From: Zootoca vivipara
Taxonomy: Eukaryota
Direction of reading: 5' to 3'
Length of the DNA stretch: 64,000 bases
Assembly: GCF_963506605.1 (NCBI RefSeq)
Contig: NC_083285.1
Coordinates: 62,000,001-62,064,000 of the forward strand
Shown: piece after piece, positions 36,040 through 46,600 of the stretch
Layout: each line of letters begins with the position of its first letter
Numbering within the stretch: the first letter of the stretch is position 1
Program-made: the position numbers and the translations under genes
The notes under the pieces: generated by a model
What the model was told of the DNA's origin: nothing
Database searches by the model: none
What the model saw: the letters and a program-made list of their open reading frames with translations, nothing else

Positions 36040-36999
36040 ACATTATAGTAATGTAGCCCTGAGGTTACCAACACGTGGGTCACTCACTGTCCTGGAATGG
36101 CTGGTGAAATGTCCTTGTAGGAGTGATACTGTAGGAAAATTAGGGAAATGACTGCTTCTTGATATGTATTGATCCCACATAGCTGTCAGAATTGCAGCAT
36201 CCAAAAAGGGTTGCACAGGAAGTACCACACCTTGATTCTGTTCCTTTCTGCTCAGACGTCATGATAGTGTGCTGCCACTTGAACATGAAAGAACCATAAA
36301 GTTTGCATCTGTTTTCTTCTCCCACCCCACCCCCATGTATGCTTGGAGGCCATTTATTTATTTATTATTCATAACATTTATATACTGCTTGATTGTAAAA
36401 ACCCTCAAAATGGTTTACAAAAAGATAAAACCATAAATTCAGGAAGAAAATATACAAAGCATTATAGCACACAAGAAGCTAAATTTTAAAATGGATTTAA
36501 ATTCACATCAGCTTTTCAAAGCATCTAAACAAAAATGTTTTTCAGCAATGACAACATTGTCAGTGACAATATGCACTGACTGCTTTGGTGACATTTTGCT
36601 ATAACAGCATTATTAAATTTTCCTGCAGACAATGTGTATCTCTCTCGCACCAATCCAATATGCAGAATCTCCCAGGAAATCTTAGAGCTGTCAACTTGCT
36701 GTTCTAGTGAAATTTGATTCTGCATGGAAGTGAGTTTCTTCCCTGCAGGCAGATCTAAATCTCTCGCCTTTCCTTGTTTATATACAGGGCTTCACCTTCC
36801 CTTCACCTACTCCACCCTGCCTGATTATCTTTGACATTCCTACACTATCTTCACACACTTTTATATTTAGCATTGTTTTCAGTTGGGTTAACTTGTAGAC
36901 CCAGCATGTGACTCATAATAATAAGTCATTGATGAAACAGCCTTACAAATAATAATAAAATGTATTGTCCTTCCCACTGCCTTCTCCATGCTAGGTCTA

Positions 37000-37137
37000 G
37001 CACTGTTTGATATTGTTTTATATTCTGCTGGAAGCTGCCCAGAGTGGCTGGGGAAACGCAGCCAGAAAGGGAGGGGTATAAATAACGAAGTTGTTGTTGT
37101 TGTGGGTATAAATAATGAAGTTGTTGTTGTTGTTGTT
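37000..37137 (+). mobile_element. L2 3' terminus with duplicated tail
   Basis: GGAAGCTGCCCAGAGTGGCTGGGGAAAC..GGGGTATAAATAA matches the L2 end at 621-720; the GGGTATAAATAA..GAAG(TTG)n block occurs twice. Confidence 0.75.
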
Positions 37138-38096
37138 ACAAGTCTGTATGACAGCTCTTGAAGCAGAGAGTTGTCAACCTGGGTTTCAATAGCCAGTTCT
37201 AGCTGAAAGTTGAAACTGCAGGAAGACTAGCCAGGAAGGAAACCTCTGACCGACAACAGGTCAGTGTGGATCATGTGATACTACAGGATCCCAATAAAAG
37301 CTTTCCATAATAATAAGAGCTCTGCTGGATGACATCAAAGGTTCATCTAGTCCAGCATCCTATTCCCATAGTGGCCAAACAGTTGCTTATGGGGAGACTG
37401 GTAGCAGAAGCTGAGCCCAGCAGAACTTGTCCTTCCCAGCAAATGGTATTCAGAGGCACACTTTATTCAATACTGCTGGTAGCGCACATCCACCAGGGCT
37501 ATTGATAATCTTACTTTCCGTGAATTTGTCTCCGTTTAAAGACACCCAAGTTAGTGGCCGTCACTGCCTCTTGTGGGAGCGAACTCCATAGTTTAACTGT
37601 GTACTCTGTGTGGGAGTACTTTCTTTTGTCTGTCCTGAATCTTCCAACATCCATCTTCATTGAATGACCCTGATTTCTAGCACTGTGAGTGGTGGAGAAA
37701 AACTCCCAGCTTAGGTTTGCTCTCTCGTCTGCAAGGGGCTTTGAATATGTTCTTTCTGATGACTACCTGTGATCTCTTCCCCCTTCAAGATAAAAGAAGC
37801 CAGGAATAGCTGGTGGGATAAGGAAGTAAGCAAAGTGATACTCTCTACTCAGAACCTCTAAAATGAGGCCTTCAGTTGGGTTGCTGGGTAAGCAAGGAAA
37901 AGGGTCGATGAGGGGCTATCTGGGGTGATGAAGAAGAGGTAACTGTGTTGGAGAAATTGGAGGAGTATGTGATCTTTGTGTGGAGGGTAATGGTCTTATT
38001 CAGATCTAATTTCTTTTTTTTAAAATTAATTTTATTGATTTTGCATATTAACAAAGCAAAGAGATAAACACATAAACAAAAAAAATAACATATTTT

Positions 38097-38820
38097 CCTC
38101 CTTCTTCCAACCCCCCCCCCATGAGATCCCTCCTGCCACCAGGTATTCCCATGGACAGTGCGCAGTCGAAGGTGGTGCATCTTATAGTTGGGCTTGTCCC
38201 CACCCCCCTCCTCTCCCCAGAACCCCCCCTGCCACCGAGAGATCCTAGGGATATAAGAAGAGAGGGGGTGGGTGTTCACCCAACTATTTATCTAAACTTG
38301 ATCAAAAATCACCCAAAAAGAGAAGAAAAAAAAACCCACAGGAATAATTAATAAAAAAAAAAGAAGAAGAGGAAAAAAGAACAGCTGCAAAAAAAAAGAA
38401 AAAAAGAAAAAAAAATGAAAAAACAAAAAGGAACAATTATTAATTATTCCTTTCTTTTCTTTTTTTAAAATCATTGTATTATTATGGGCTTCCCCTACCT
38501 CCCCCTTTTTCTGATTTTCATTTTTGACTCCATTTTAGCAGTTTTCTTCTCATATTCCCCATTCTATTTTCCAAACTCTCTAAACTTACTTCAATAGTAT
38601 CCTTATTTCTATTAAATTTATTTTCTGACATCTTTTCCCATTCCCTCCCTCCCCTCCTCCCCCCCAGCACTCCCTCTGCCACCGAGAGCCCCAGAGGAGA
38701 GAAAGGGAGAGGCAATGGTTCTTTTTCCAATTGGGACTTCCCCCCTCCCCGCCCTCCCCACACCAGGAGCCCCCCCTGCCACCAGGAGCTCCCCGCGCGC
38801 AGAGGGCCGACAAGAGGTCC
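38097..38820 (-). ncRNA. Four long RNA hairpins with an invariant GGUGGCAG loop (function unknown, pri-miRNA-like)
   Basis: Hand-folded stems at 38734-38820, 38638-38718, 38184-38287 and 38097-38175; loop motif (TGCCACC on +) at 38777, 38677, 38230 and 38134; many G-U pairs work only on the minus strand. Confidence 0.65.
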
Positions 38821-39112
38821 AGAACCCCCAACCGTCCCTTCAATCATTCATCTTACCAAATTCTCTTTTTTGATACTTCTAAATAACTCCTAAATCTTAT
38901 TTCTAACTTATCAATTTTCCTCCCCCCCCCAGAACTCCCATAATTTTAAAAACCTTTTTACATTCCCAATTCTAGATTTTGTCTTTATCCTCAATTCTTT
39001 CCTCTCTATCCCCTGATCCCGGCTTTCCCCTTCCAGTCCAGCAAGTCCAAAGTCCGTGATCCAGTTTTCAGTCCTTTTTTATCCATCCTATTAAACAACA
39101 AATATTCCTCCT

Positions 39113-39517
39113 TCATCCCACCCCCTTCCTGACCAATTTTTCAATCCAATCTTCTCCGTTCTCTCCCTCCCATAAGTCCCTTCTTCTTTGCTTGATGCTT
39201 TTCTTGTGAGTTTTTTGTCTCTTCAAAAATTCTTGCTTGTTCCCCTCCTGAGGAGGGTTAATTCCACTCTCAGCTAAGTCTTTATTCATTGGCAAGTCCT
39301 GTATTTCATCGTCATTTACTTCAATTATGTTGTAAATCGGTTCATCTGTCTGTTTATCCTCATGCACCATTTCTTGAAGTATTTCATCCTCCTGTAGATC
39401 TTGATCTTGGTTTGTTCCTTCCAATTGTTGTTGAGTCTTATACATATTAATTCTCATTTCCCACAAGAGTTTCAAAACTTTCTCCTGGAAGCCAGGTGTG
39501 TAATTCTCTGTTGGCAT
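39113..39517 (-). CDS. 134-aa ORF of the non-autonomous L1-like element (unknown function)
   Basis: ATG start (AAAAATGC), uninterrupted, A-rich on the sense strand as L1 ORFs are, located where ORF1 would begin; acidic middle and basic C-terminal stretch. No homology established. Confidence 0.5.
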   Translation of the reverse strand: MPTENYTPGFQEKVLKLLWEMRINMYKTQQQLEGTNQDQDLQEDEILQEMVHEDKQTDEPIYNIIEVNDDEIQDLPMNKDLAESGINPPQEGNKQEFLKRQKTHKKSIKQRRRDLWEGENGEDWIEKLVRKGVG

Positions 39518-39979
39518 TTTTCTAGCTTTTCAAGGGCAGAGCAAGACTTGGAAAACAGGAAGTGGTTACAAGTTGCAGTTCTTCCACATAGCCCAAACTG
39601 GATACAATATATTCTCAAATGTCGAACCAAAAGTTTTAAAATGTCAATTCCTTCCTTTCACTCACCCCATTATATTCCACTCGCTGTTCTGTTCGGGGTG
39701 CCGAATTTCAGGGTACAGAGGGGGGTCTCTTCTTCAGCTAAATATGTTTGCAGGGATTCTTATTGTCTATAACAGTTCTCCCCCCTAACCCTGCCTCAGG
39801 AGGAGAGTCTTTAGTCAGTCCTTGGAGATATTCAAACAATAAAGTTTTTAGCCCCCGGCACTGGGGTTCCTTCTTAAGCTGCTTTCCTTTTTAGATCAGT
39901 AAGGGGGAGATCGGCTTCCTTTTTTTAAATCTCACCCCCATTCCAAATCTCAAGTCCAATTTTAAATCTTTGAGTCCTT

Positions 39980-40318
39980 TTTACTCACGGTCTCTCAATT
40001 TCCTGACTTCTTCTTTGGAAAAATCCAGCGCTCTCCGCCTCCGGCACGGAGCTTCTCCCTGCGAGGGTAGCGATGGCGCTCCAAAATGGCCCCCGCGACT
40101 GCGACCCATCTTGCTCCGGAGCTCTTATTAGAGCCTACCGGAGAGTTGGGGAGTCGGGATTGGGGCGCTGCTTGGCTATTTCTGCCCCCAGAACGCGCGA
40201 TCTGGGGTTCTTTGGGGTGCAGCGGCGCTCCCGCTGCTTCCCCCTCCCTCGCAGAGACGGGTCGCCTCGGAGCTCGAGACGGACCCCGCCGGACGGCGCT
40301 GGCGCTGAACCGGAAGCC
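39980..40318 (-). promoter_or_regulatory. CpG-rich internal Pol II promoter / 5'UTR of the L1-like element
   Basis: CpG-dense 300 bp; ETS-type CTTCCGG at the 5' end; YY1-type GGCCATTTTG (about 40082-40091); splice donor ACC|GTGAGT with GT at 39988-39987. Confidence 0.6.
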
Positions 40319-40825
40319 TATTCAGATCTAATTTCTTCCCCAAAGAAAATGTAGCACATTTTTGGGCAAGAAACTACCATGCATATTCCAACAATTTTAT
40401 TTCTTACCTTGTAAAATTAAACAGTAATTCTAATTTAAATTAATGAGTATTGAGTGTGTAATATAAAGAGTAATCATGTCATGATTATGTCACTGGTATG
40501 ATCTTTGCTGTGTCCTTAAGAGCTATGGAAAATAGCGAAAGAGGAACATAGGTGGGTTTACAAGTTCCTAGCTTGTTTTTTATATAAATGTAGAGGGGGG
40601 GGGAGGAGATGGAGAGAGGTGATCTCATAGATGTTTAAATGTGAACTTGGAAACAGGAAATAAGGAGACAAATGTGCACGGCACTGGAGCCAAGTGAGTT
40701 CTTGTTTGATTTACAGTTAACCCATTTATATGCTGGCAGGAATGTGGGCTGGGTCTGTGCTATCAGTTATAACAGCATAGGAAACTTAATTTTATATTCT
40801 GATATTGTCTTGACCACTTTTAAAA

Positions 40826-40867
<42 letters not shown>

Positions 40868-40901
40868 CTACCTGTCAGTCAGGTGATAGTACTCTGATGG
40901 A

Positions 40902-41151
40902 CATGGGTAGGCAAACTAAGGCCCGGGGCCTGGATCCAGCCCAATCACTTTCTAAATCCGGCCCATGGATGGTCTGGGAATCAGCGTGTTTTTACATTAG
41001 TAGAATGTGTGCTTTAATTTTAAATGCATCTCTGGGTTATTTGTGGGGCATAGGAATCCGTTCATTTTTTCCCTTCAAAATATAGTCCGGCCCCCACAAG
41101 GTCTGAGGGACAGTGGACTGGCCCCCTCCTGAAAAAGTTTGCCGACCCCTG
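40902..41151 (+). mobile_element. hAT MITE related to OposCharlie1 (OC1)
   Basis: Ends CATGGGTAGGCAAACT / AGTTTGCCGACCCCTG; TSD CTGATGGA/CTGATGGG (7 of 8 match); subterminal ATAGTCCGGCCC..GGTCTGAGGGACAGTG.ACTGGCCCCCT as I recall for OC1. Confidence 0.8.
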
Positions 41152-42450
41152 CTGATGGGGGTGATTTTGGCAGATGGATGGTTGGTGGTATGGAGTTTGA
41201 TTCTGTGTTGGCTGCTCATTCCACTTCTCCTGCTGGGAACTGGTGTGGGCAACCAAAACAGCTGGATTTAAACCACCCTGGTATAGTAATCTTAGTTATC
41301 ATTGACATGGGACTTTTTTTTTTTTACTCAGTACTGTATATCTGTGATAAACAGCAGCCTTGCTATTGTTGTTCTTGACTGGTTTAGCGAGCTGTCCTTA
41401 ATTGCTACCTTACTATGACTGACATTATATATACTTCAAAAATGGTCACTTGGTTGACCACCAGAGTTTGAATCCAGACACCCAGCCTATGTTTTATGGA
41501 CCACTTACATAACCACCAAGGACAATGCTACTCTGTTTGGGAAGGCAAGCGAATTGCAGCTCCTACCACTGCTGCTGCATTATGTCACAGCCTCCTGCTT
41601 TTGTTCACTGCTGAATGTCTGGACCATTTTTATTGTCTGCTCCTGTTTGTGTGGTTTTATATGTCTATAAAAACACAGAAAACACAGTGGTTCTTTGCTT
41701 CATTTCTCAGTATTGGCACTCTGATACTATAAGGAAGCCTCGTGGTGCATTGACATGTAATTTAGGTTAACATATAAGGAGGCTAGTGCTTTGCATGTTT
41801 GAAGAGAGACAAATGATTGCAATCCATAGAAATGAAAACCAGGAGGGTATCGCTGTGGAGCAGCGCTCAGTATGGAATGTCTGGAGTCTTCCAGCTAAAA
41901 CACAGCTAGAAAGCGGGGTTGTAATTTCATAGGTTCCTCTTTGCTAAGTTTGTTTCAAACAAACATCACTCTTTGAACAGGAACATTCTGATCTGTGTTG
42001 ATGTTTTAACAATTTCAGCTAAAATACTCTGTAGCCAAGGAAAATGCCAGTTGGTATTCTCTGCTGCAAACACTGCTGTCCTTGATATGCTTCATCTGTC
42101 TTTGTGTGAAACAGTTTATTGACATCTTCTTGTTTCTTCTGGAGTGGAATGCTGGGAGTGTAGGCTGGAGTGGAGAATACTTGCATGTCTCCTGAAAGAC
42201 ACTTTGCTTTCAACAAACAGTACCATTGTTTTGAAAATCTGTAGCCTGTAAAGTTGACTACATTGGGCTTGGTGTTCCAATGTGAAAAGATGAGAATTCA
42301 AACTAGCTGGCTTATCTGAAACCATCATTTGCAGCAAAGCAAAGTAATGTATTCTTCATCCTTCTTGCTTCGGATTTTCAAGTTGCGTGAACGGGACTGG
42401 CTTTGCATTGTTATACTATGTGGTGATCTGAAAGCAAAGGATCTTGCTCA

Positions 42451-42511
42451 ATGAGGACCAAAGCTGTAAGCAACACTCGCAACGGAAGAAGAAAAGCAAA
42501 CTTTAAAAAGG
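42451..42511 (+). CDS. Candidate additional USP6NL first coding exon (MRTKAVSNTRNGRRKANFKK-G), phase 1
   Basis: ATG plus 20 codons plus 1 nt, then AGG|GTAAAC; same phase and same KK-G ending as the 11384 exon; lies in non-repetitive sequence. No transcript evidence. Confidence 0.45.
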
Positions 42512-44638
42512 GTAAACTATCATATCAGAATACAAGTTATGATTTGTTGTTGTTTGTGTGGTGCAATTTTGAAAAAATGGCACCCTGCAATTCAGTCCTT
42601 AAAAGATGTCTGTTTCCAGGTCACTTTCTTTAAAAATAAACAGGACTTCATTCAAGTAAAAGTTGTTAGGATAGATCATAGCACAGGCTCTGTTTCCCAC
42701 TTTTAAGTGAGCCTTCTGATATTTTTTAAAAATTGCGCTCTTGCACTAGAAGACTTACAAAGATAAAGCATGATTTAAAGTGCAATAGCCATTTTAATAA
42801 TTTCTGGGGGTTTTAAGCATGCTTGGTAATATGAATATGCAGCTGTAATAATATATAAACTCATACATCTTTAAAACACTTTAAAATATTTTTTATCTGG
42901 ATGAGATGTCTTCTGTGGCTGGGTTTAAGCAGCTATTGGGCCATTTTTGTTTTGTGCTGAGTACCTTTACCTTTTAGACTTACTGAATTTTGATTTTAAG
43001 GTTGAAACTGAAATAATGTTCATATACATTTGGTTGCTAACATGGATGGTTTTTATTGAGCAATAACACTGTAGAATAGTTAACTTTTGGTTGCACTGCA
43101 GGGCATGGACTTTTGCTCATATTTCATTGTAAAGCTTTTTCTTCCTTAGTGTTTCTGTATAAGTATCACTAAGCTATTGGTGGAGGAATGACAGAAGTAA
43201 CTATAGAAGGAAAAGATCCTCTTCTATGAGTATATTTTATCTTGCCTATATCCATTCTTTCCTCCAGGGCAGGGCAGGCAGAAGGTAGAGCACATGTCGC
43301 TGTTGGATATCAGAACCATTTGCAGTAGATTGTAAAGGTGTCACTTTATTACTCAATAATACAAAGTAAAAAATAAAAATAAATCAGTTTTGTTATGTTA
43401 TTTCTCAGCTTCTGTGTTCCTTACTTGTTATATAGGGTTACTAACTGATTGCGTTTGTCTAGGCCTTTGTGCAGCCCTTCTGGTCAGTTATGAATTCTTG
43501 TAGAATCACCGACCTGTAGCAATTCAACTACAGGTTTCTGCTTGTATCTGCAGTTTATCACAGTGTGTATCTCATAACAGGTAATTAGCCGAACCCTTGC
43601 ACCATTATTTTGCATCCTGCTGCAGTATCTAGCTTTTGCACTCGTCTTCTGGTTGGTGGACCTTCAGTTTTAATAAAAAACAAAATCCTGCAAATCTGAA
43701 GGTGATTCATAGCTGCTCTAAGGAGCTGTCTCCCATTCAATCCCCAGCTTCAGCAAGGATTCTGCATTCTGTGCCTTTGGCCATAGCTGCCAAGTTCTCC
43801 CTTTTTTTAAGGGAAATTCCCTTATGCTGAATAGGCTTCCTCGTGAGAAAAGGGAAAACTTGGCAGCTATGCCTTTGGCAAATGTCCCAAGTTGTTATTT
43901 TAATCACTTGTAAGAACTTTTTCAAAGTGATGTTGCAGAAGACAAACATCTGTTTATAAGGGCCTGCAGTCAGTGGCTTAAGTGTTTGAACTCTGCACAG
44001 TGGAATGTAGAAACAAGAAGGAATTTGAATGATGTGATGGGAAATAAAAAATGATCTTCAATTTCCTGACTGCTAGGTAACCCCTGCAGTCCCAAATGAG
44101 TCACTGGAGGAATATATCTACCCCCCCCCAAACTCCTCCTTTGGCTTGTTCACTAGAACAAGACACTGTTCACTACTTATTACTTCACTTCTCCCTCAGT
44201 AGTTGGAAGTGTCACACAACGTTCGTACTTAAGGAGATTTGACAATTGCACTTGAGACCAGAGTGTGTGAATCATTTCTTTCTCCTCTCTTAGCAAGCAT
44301 TTTGTAATAGTTCAGCTGCTTAAATATCATTTCCCACATCTTGGGTAATTAAGAACAATGTCCTTTACCCTTTTCTTGTATGAGTATTGGTCAACAGCTG
44401 GATGCTTCTGGCTTCCTTGTTGCCTGGTGCCTGAGCTGTGTCCCTGCTCCAGGGTCTTTGCAAAAGTAATTTTGCCCAAGCTAGGGCAAGGCTTGATGTC
44501 TGCAGGCAGGGTTACCCAATTGCAGAATTTTCTGTTCTATATTGGGGAGCTACTTTACATTATACAGCTCTACTAGTGTCTGTGGTAGTTCATAGTAAGA
44601 GTCTGGTGCAAGGGAAAGCAAGGAGCAAAATTGGGAAT

Positions 44639-44767
44639 TCATGCTGGCCACATGACCCGGAAGCTGTCTGCGGACAAACGCCGGTTCCCTTGGCCTATAG
44701 AGTGAGATGAGTGCCGCGATCCCAGAGTCGTGCGCGACTGGACCCAACGGTTAGGGTACCTTTACCT
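44639..44767 (+). mobile_element. Sauria SINE 3' fragment
   Basis: TCATGCTGGCCACATGACCCGGAAGCTGT..CCCAGAGTCG..GACTGGACC..GGTACCTTTACCT. Confidence 0.85.
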
Positions 44768-45529
44768 ATGTTTCTCGTAACCAATTTAAAATAGACTGTG
44801 AGCTACAAAGAGATCCTCTGGCTCGATTCATAACTGTCAGTCCAACCAAACTTGCCCGAGTTTATGTATTGGTTTTAGGAAAAGCTTTGGAGCTTTTGCA
44901 ATAGCTCTCCATCCCAGAGGGCATGGCTTGTGTGGGTGGCTGTGAGATCACTCGTACAGTAGTTACAGGCAGCTGCCAAATTGCAGACTGTGGATCTCTT
45001 GTATGCTGTTTTCAGGATTACAGCTGTGTTGATCTTGGTAGAGCATTTTTGAATTGATTGATATGTGTGTGTGTGTGTGTGTGTGTGTCTGTCTGTCTGT
45101 CTGTCTGTCTATATATAATGACAGAAATAACAAATAACAAGAGGAAAGAGGTTTAAAATAACACAATCCTCAACCTCTTTTCCACCTCCAAGACCTGTAT
45201 TTTAACCTTGCATTCAACATGGGACCCACTTCTCTTTAATACTTTCACTTTATATTGGCCATGTTTCTCCTGCTGCTTCTTGAGTGACTTAGATGTGAAG
45301 GAGGATATGGCTCCTGTGCCTTTTAATAGTTGCATCCAAGAGGGAATTTGGACTGGTGCAACTTGTCACGTAGGAGTAAGAGAAGCTGCATCTGCTTAAA
45401 TCTCCACGTTGGTGCATCTACAAAAAGTAAATAAAATCTGTGCTTTTCTTGTCTCTCTTTTCTTAAGCAGGACCTTCAAACAGAAAACGATGGTGCCATA
45501 GTACTATAACAACTCCTGACTCACCAGTC

Positions 45530-45572
<43 letters not shown>

Positions 45573-46600
45573 TTATACCCCGCCCTTCCCAGTCAAGACC
45601 GGGCTCAGGACGGCTAACAACAAATAATATCAACACAAGTATAAAAGAAACAATTCAGTTAAAATGCAGATTAATACAATTTTAAAATTCAATTTTAAAA
45701 TTAAAAATCTACAAATAGGATAAAACCATTATGAGATAAAACCTTAGGGGAGGGTAACCGTGGGGTCAGACTGCGTCAGTCCAAAGGCCAAACGAAACAT
45801 CTCTGTCTTGCAGGCCCTACAAAAAGATGACAAATCCCGCAGGGCCCTAGTCTTCTGGGACAGAGCGTTCCACCAGGTCGGGGCCAGTACTGATAAGGCC
45901 CTGGTCCTGGTCGAGGCCAGCCTAACCACCTTGTGATTGTGGACCTCCAGTATGTTATTATTTGTGGACCTTAATGTCCTCTGTGGGTCATACCGGGAGA
46001 GGCAGTCTTGTAGGTACGAGGGTCCTAAGCTGCATAAGGCTTTAAAGGTCAAAACCAGCACCTTAATCCTGATCCTGTACTCCACCGGGAGCCAGTGCAG
46101 TTGGTAAAGCACTGGGTGAATGTGATCCCGCGGCCGGGACCCCGTAAGGAGCCTCGCATTCTGCACCCGCTGGAGTTTCTGGGTCAGTTTCAAGGGCAGC
46201 CCCGCGTAGAGCGAGTTACAATAATCAAGCCTAGAGGTGACCACCGCATGGATCACTGTGGCCAGATCAGGTTGAGAAAGGTAGGGGACCAACTGCTTAA
46301 GGCGGTGAAGATGGAAAAATGCCACCTTGGCTGTGGTTGCAACCTGTGCCTCCATGGAAAGGGAGCCATCCAAGGTTACACCCAAGCTCTTGACAGAAGG
46401 GGCTGACACTAATTGAGCCCCAGCAAAAGATGGAAGTTGCCCCCCCCCCCGCCCCATGTCATCCTGCCCCAGCCAGAGGACCTCTGTCTTCGAAGGATTT
46501 AGCTTCAGCCGACTTCCACGTAGCCATCTAGCCACAGCTTCCAAGCACTTGGTCAGTGTGTCTGGGGCCGAGGCAGGACGGCCATCCATCAACAGATAAA
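45530..46600 (-). mobile_element. 5'-truncated L2 LINE with about 285 open ORF2 codons and (TTA)n tail
   Basis: LKLNPSKTEVL, SVKSLGVTLD, TSRLDYCNSL, LHWLPV, APTWWNAL (ORF 45744-46640); (AAT)n at 45530-45572. Confidence 0.92.

Larger units (their letters stand above)
38016..40318 (-). mobile_element. Full-length non-autonomous L1-like retroelement (2.3 kb, no ORF2)
   Basis: 19-bp TSD TATTCAGATCTAATTTCTT (37997-38015, 40319-40337); minus-strand start GGCTTCCGGTT with CpG-rich 5'UTR; AATAAA (38032-38037) and a short A tail; no RT or EN coding sequence seen. Confidence 0.85.

Noticed and set aside
38134-38783. GGTGGCAG motifs read as CTCF sites, or GCCACC read as Kozak sequences
   Set aside because: Only the 3' half of the CTCF consensus matches and no ATG follows GCCACC. 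Placement at hairpin apices with strand-specific G-U pairing favours an RNA role. CTCF binding is not fully excluded without ChIP data.
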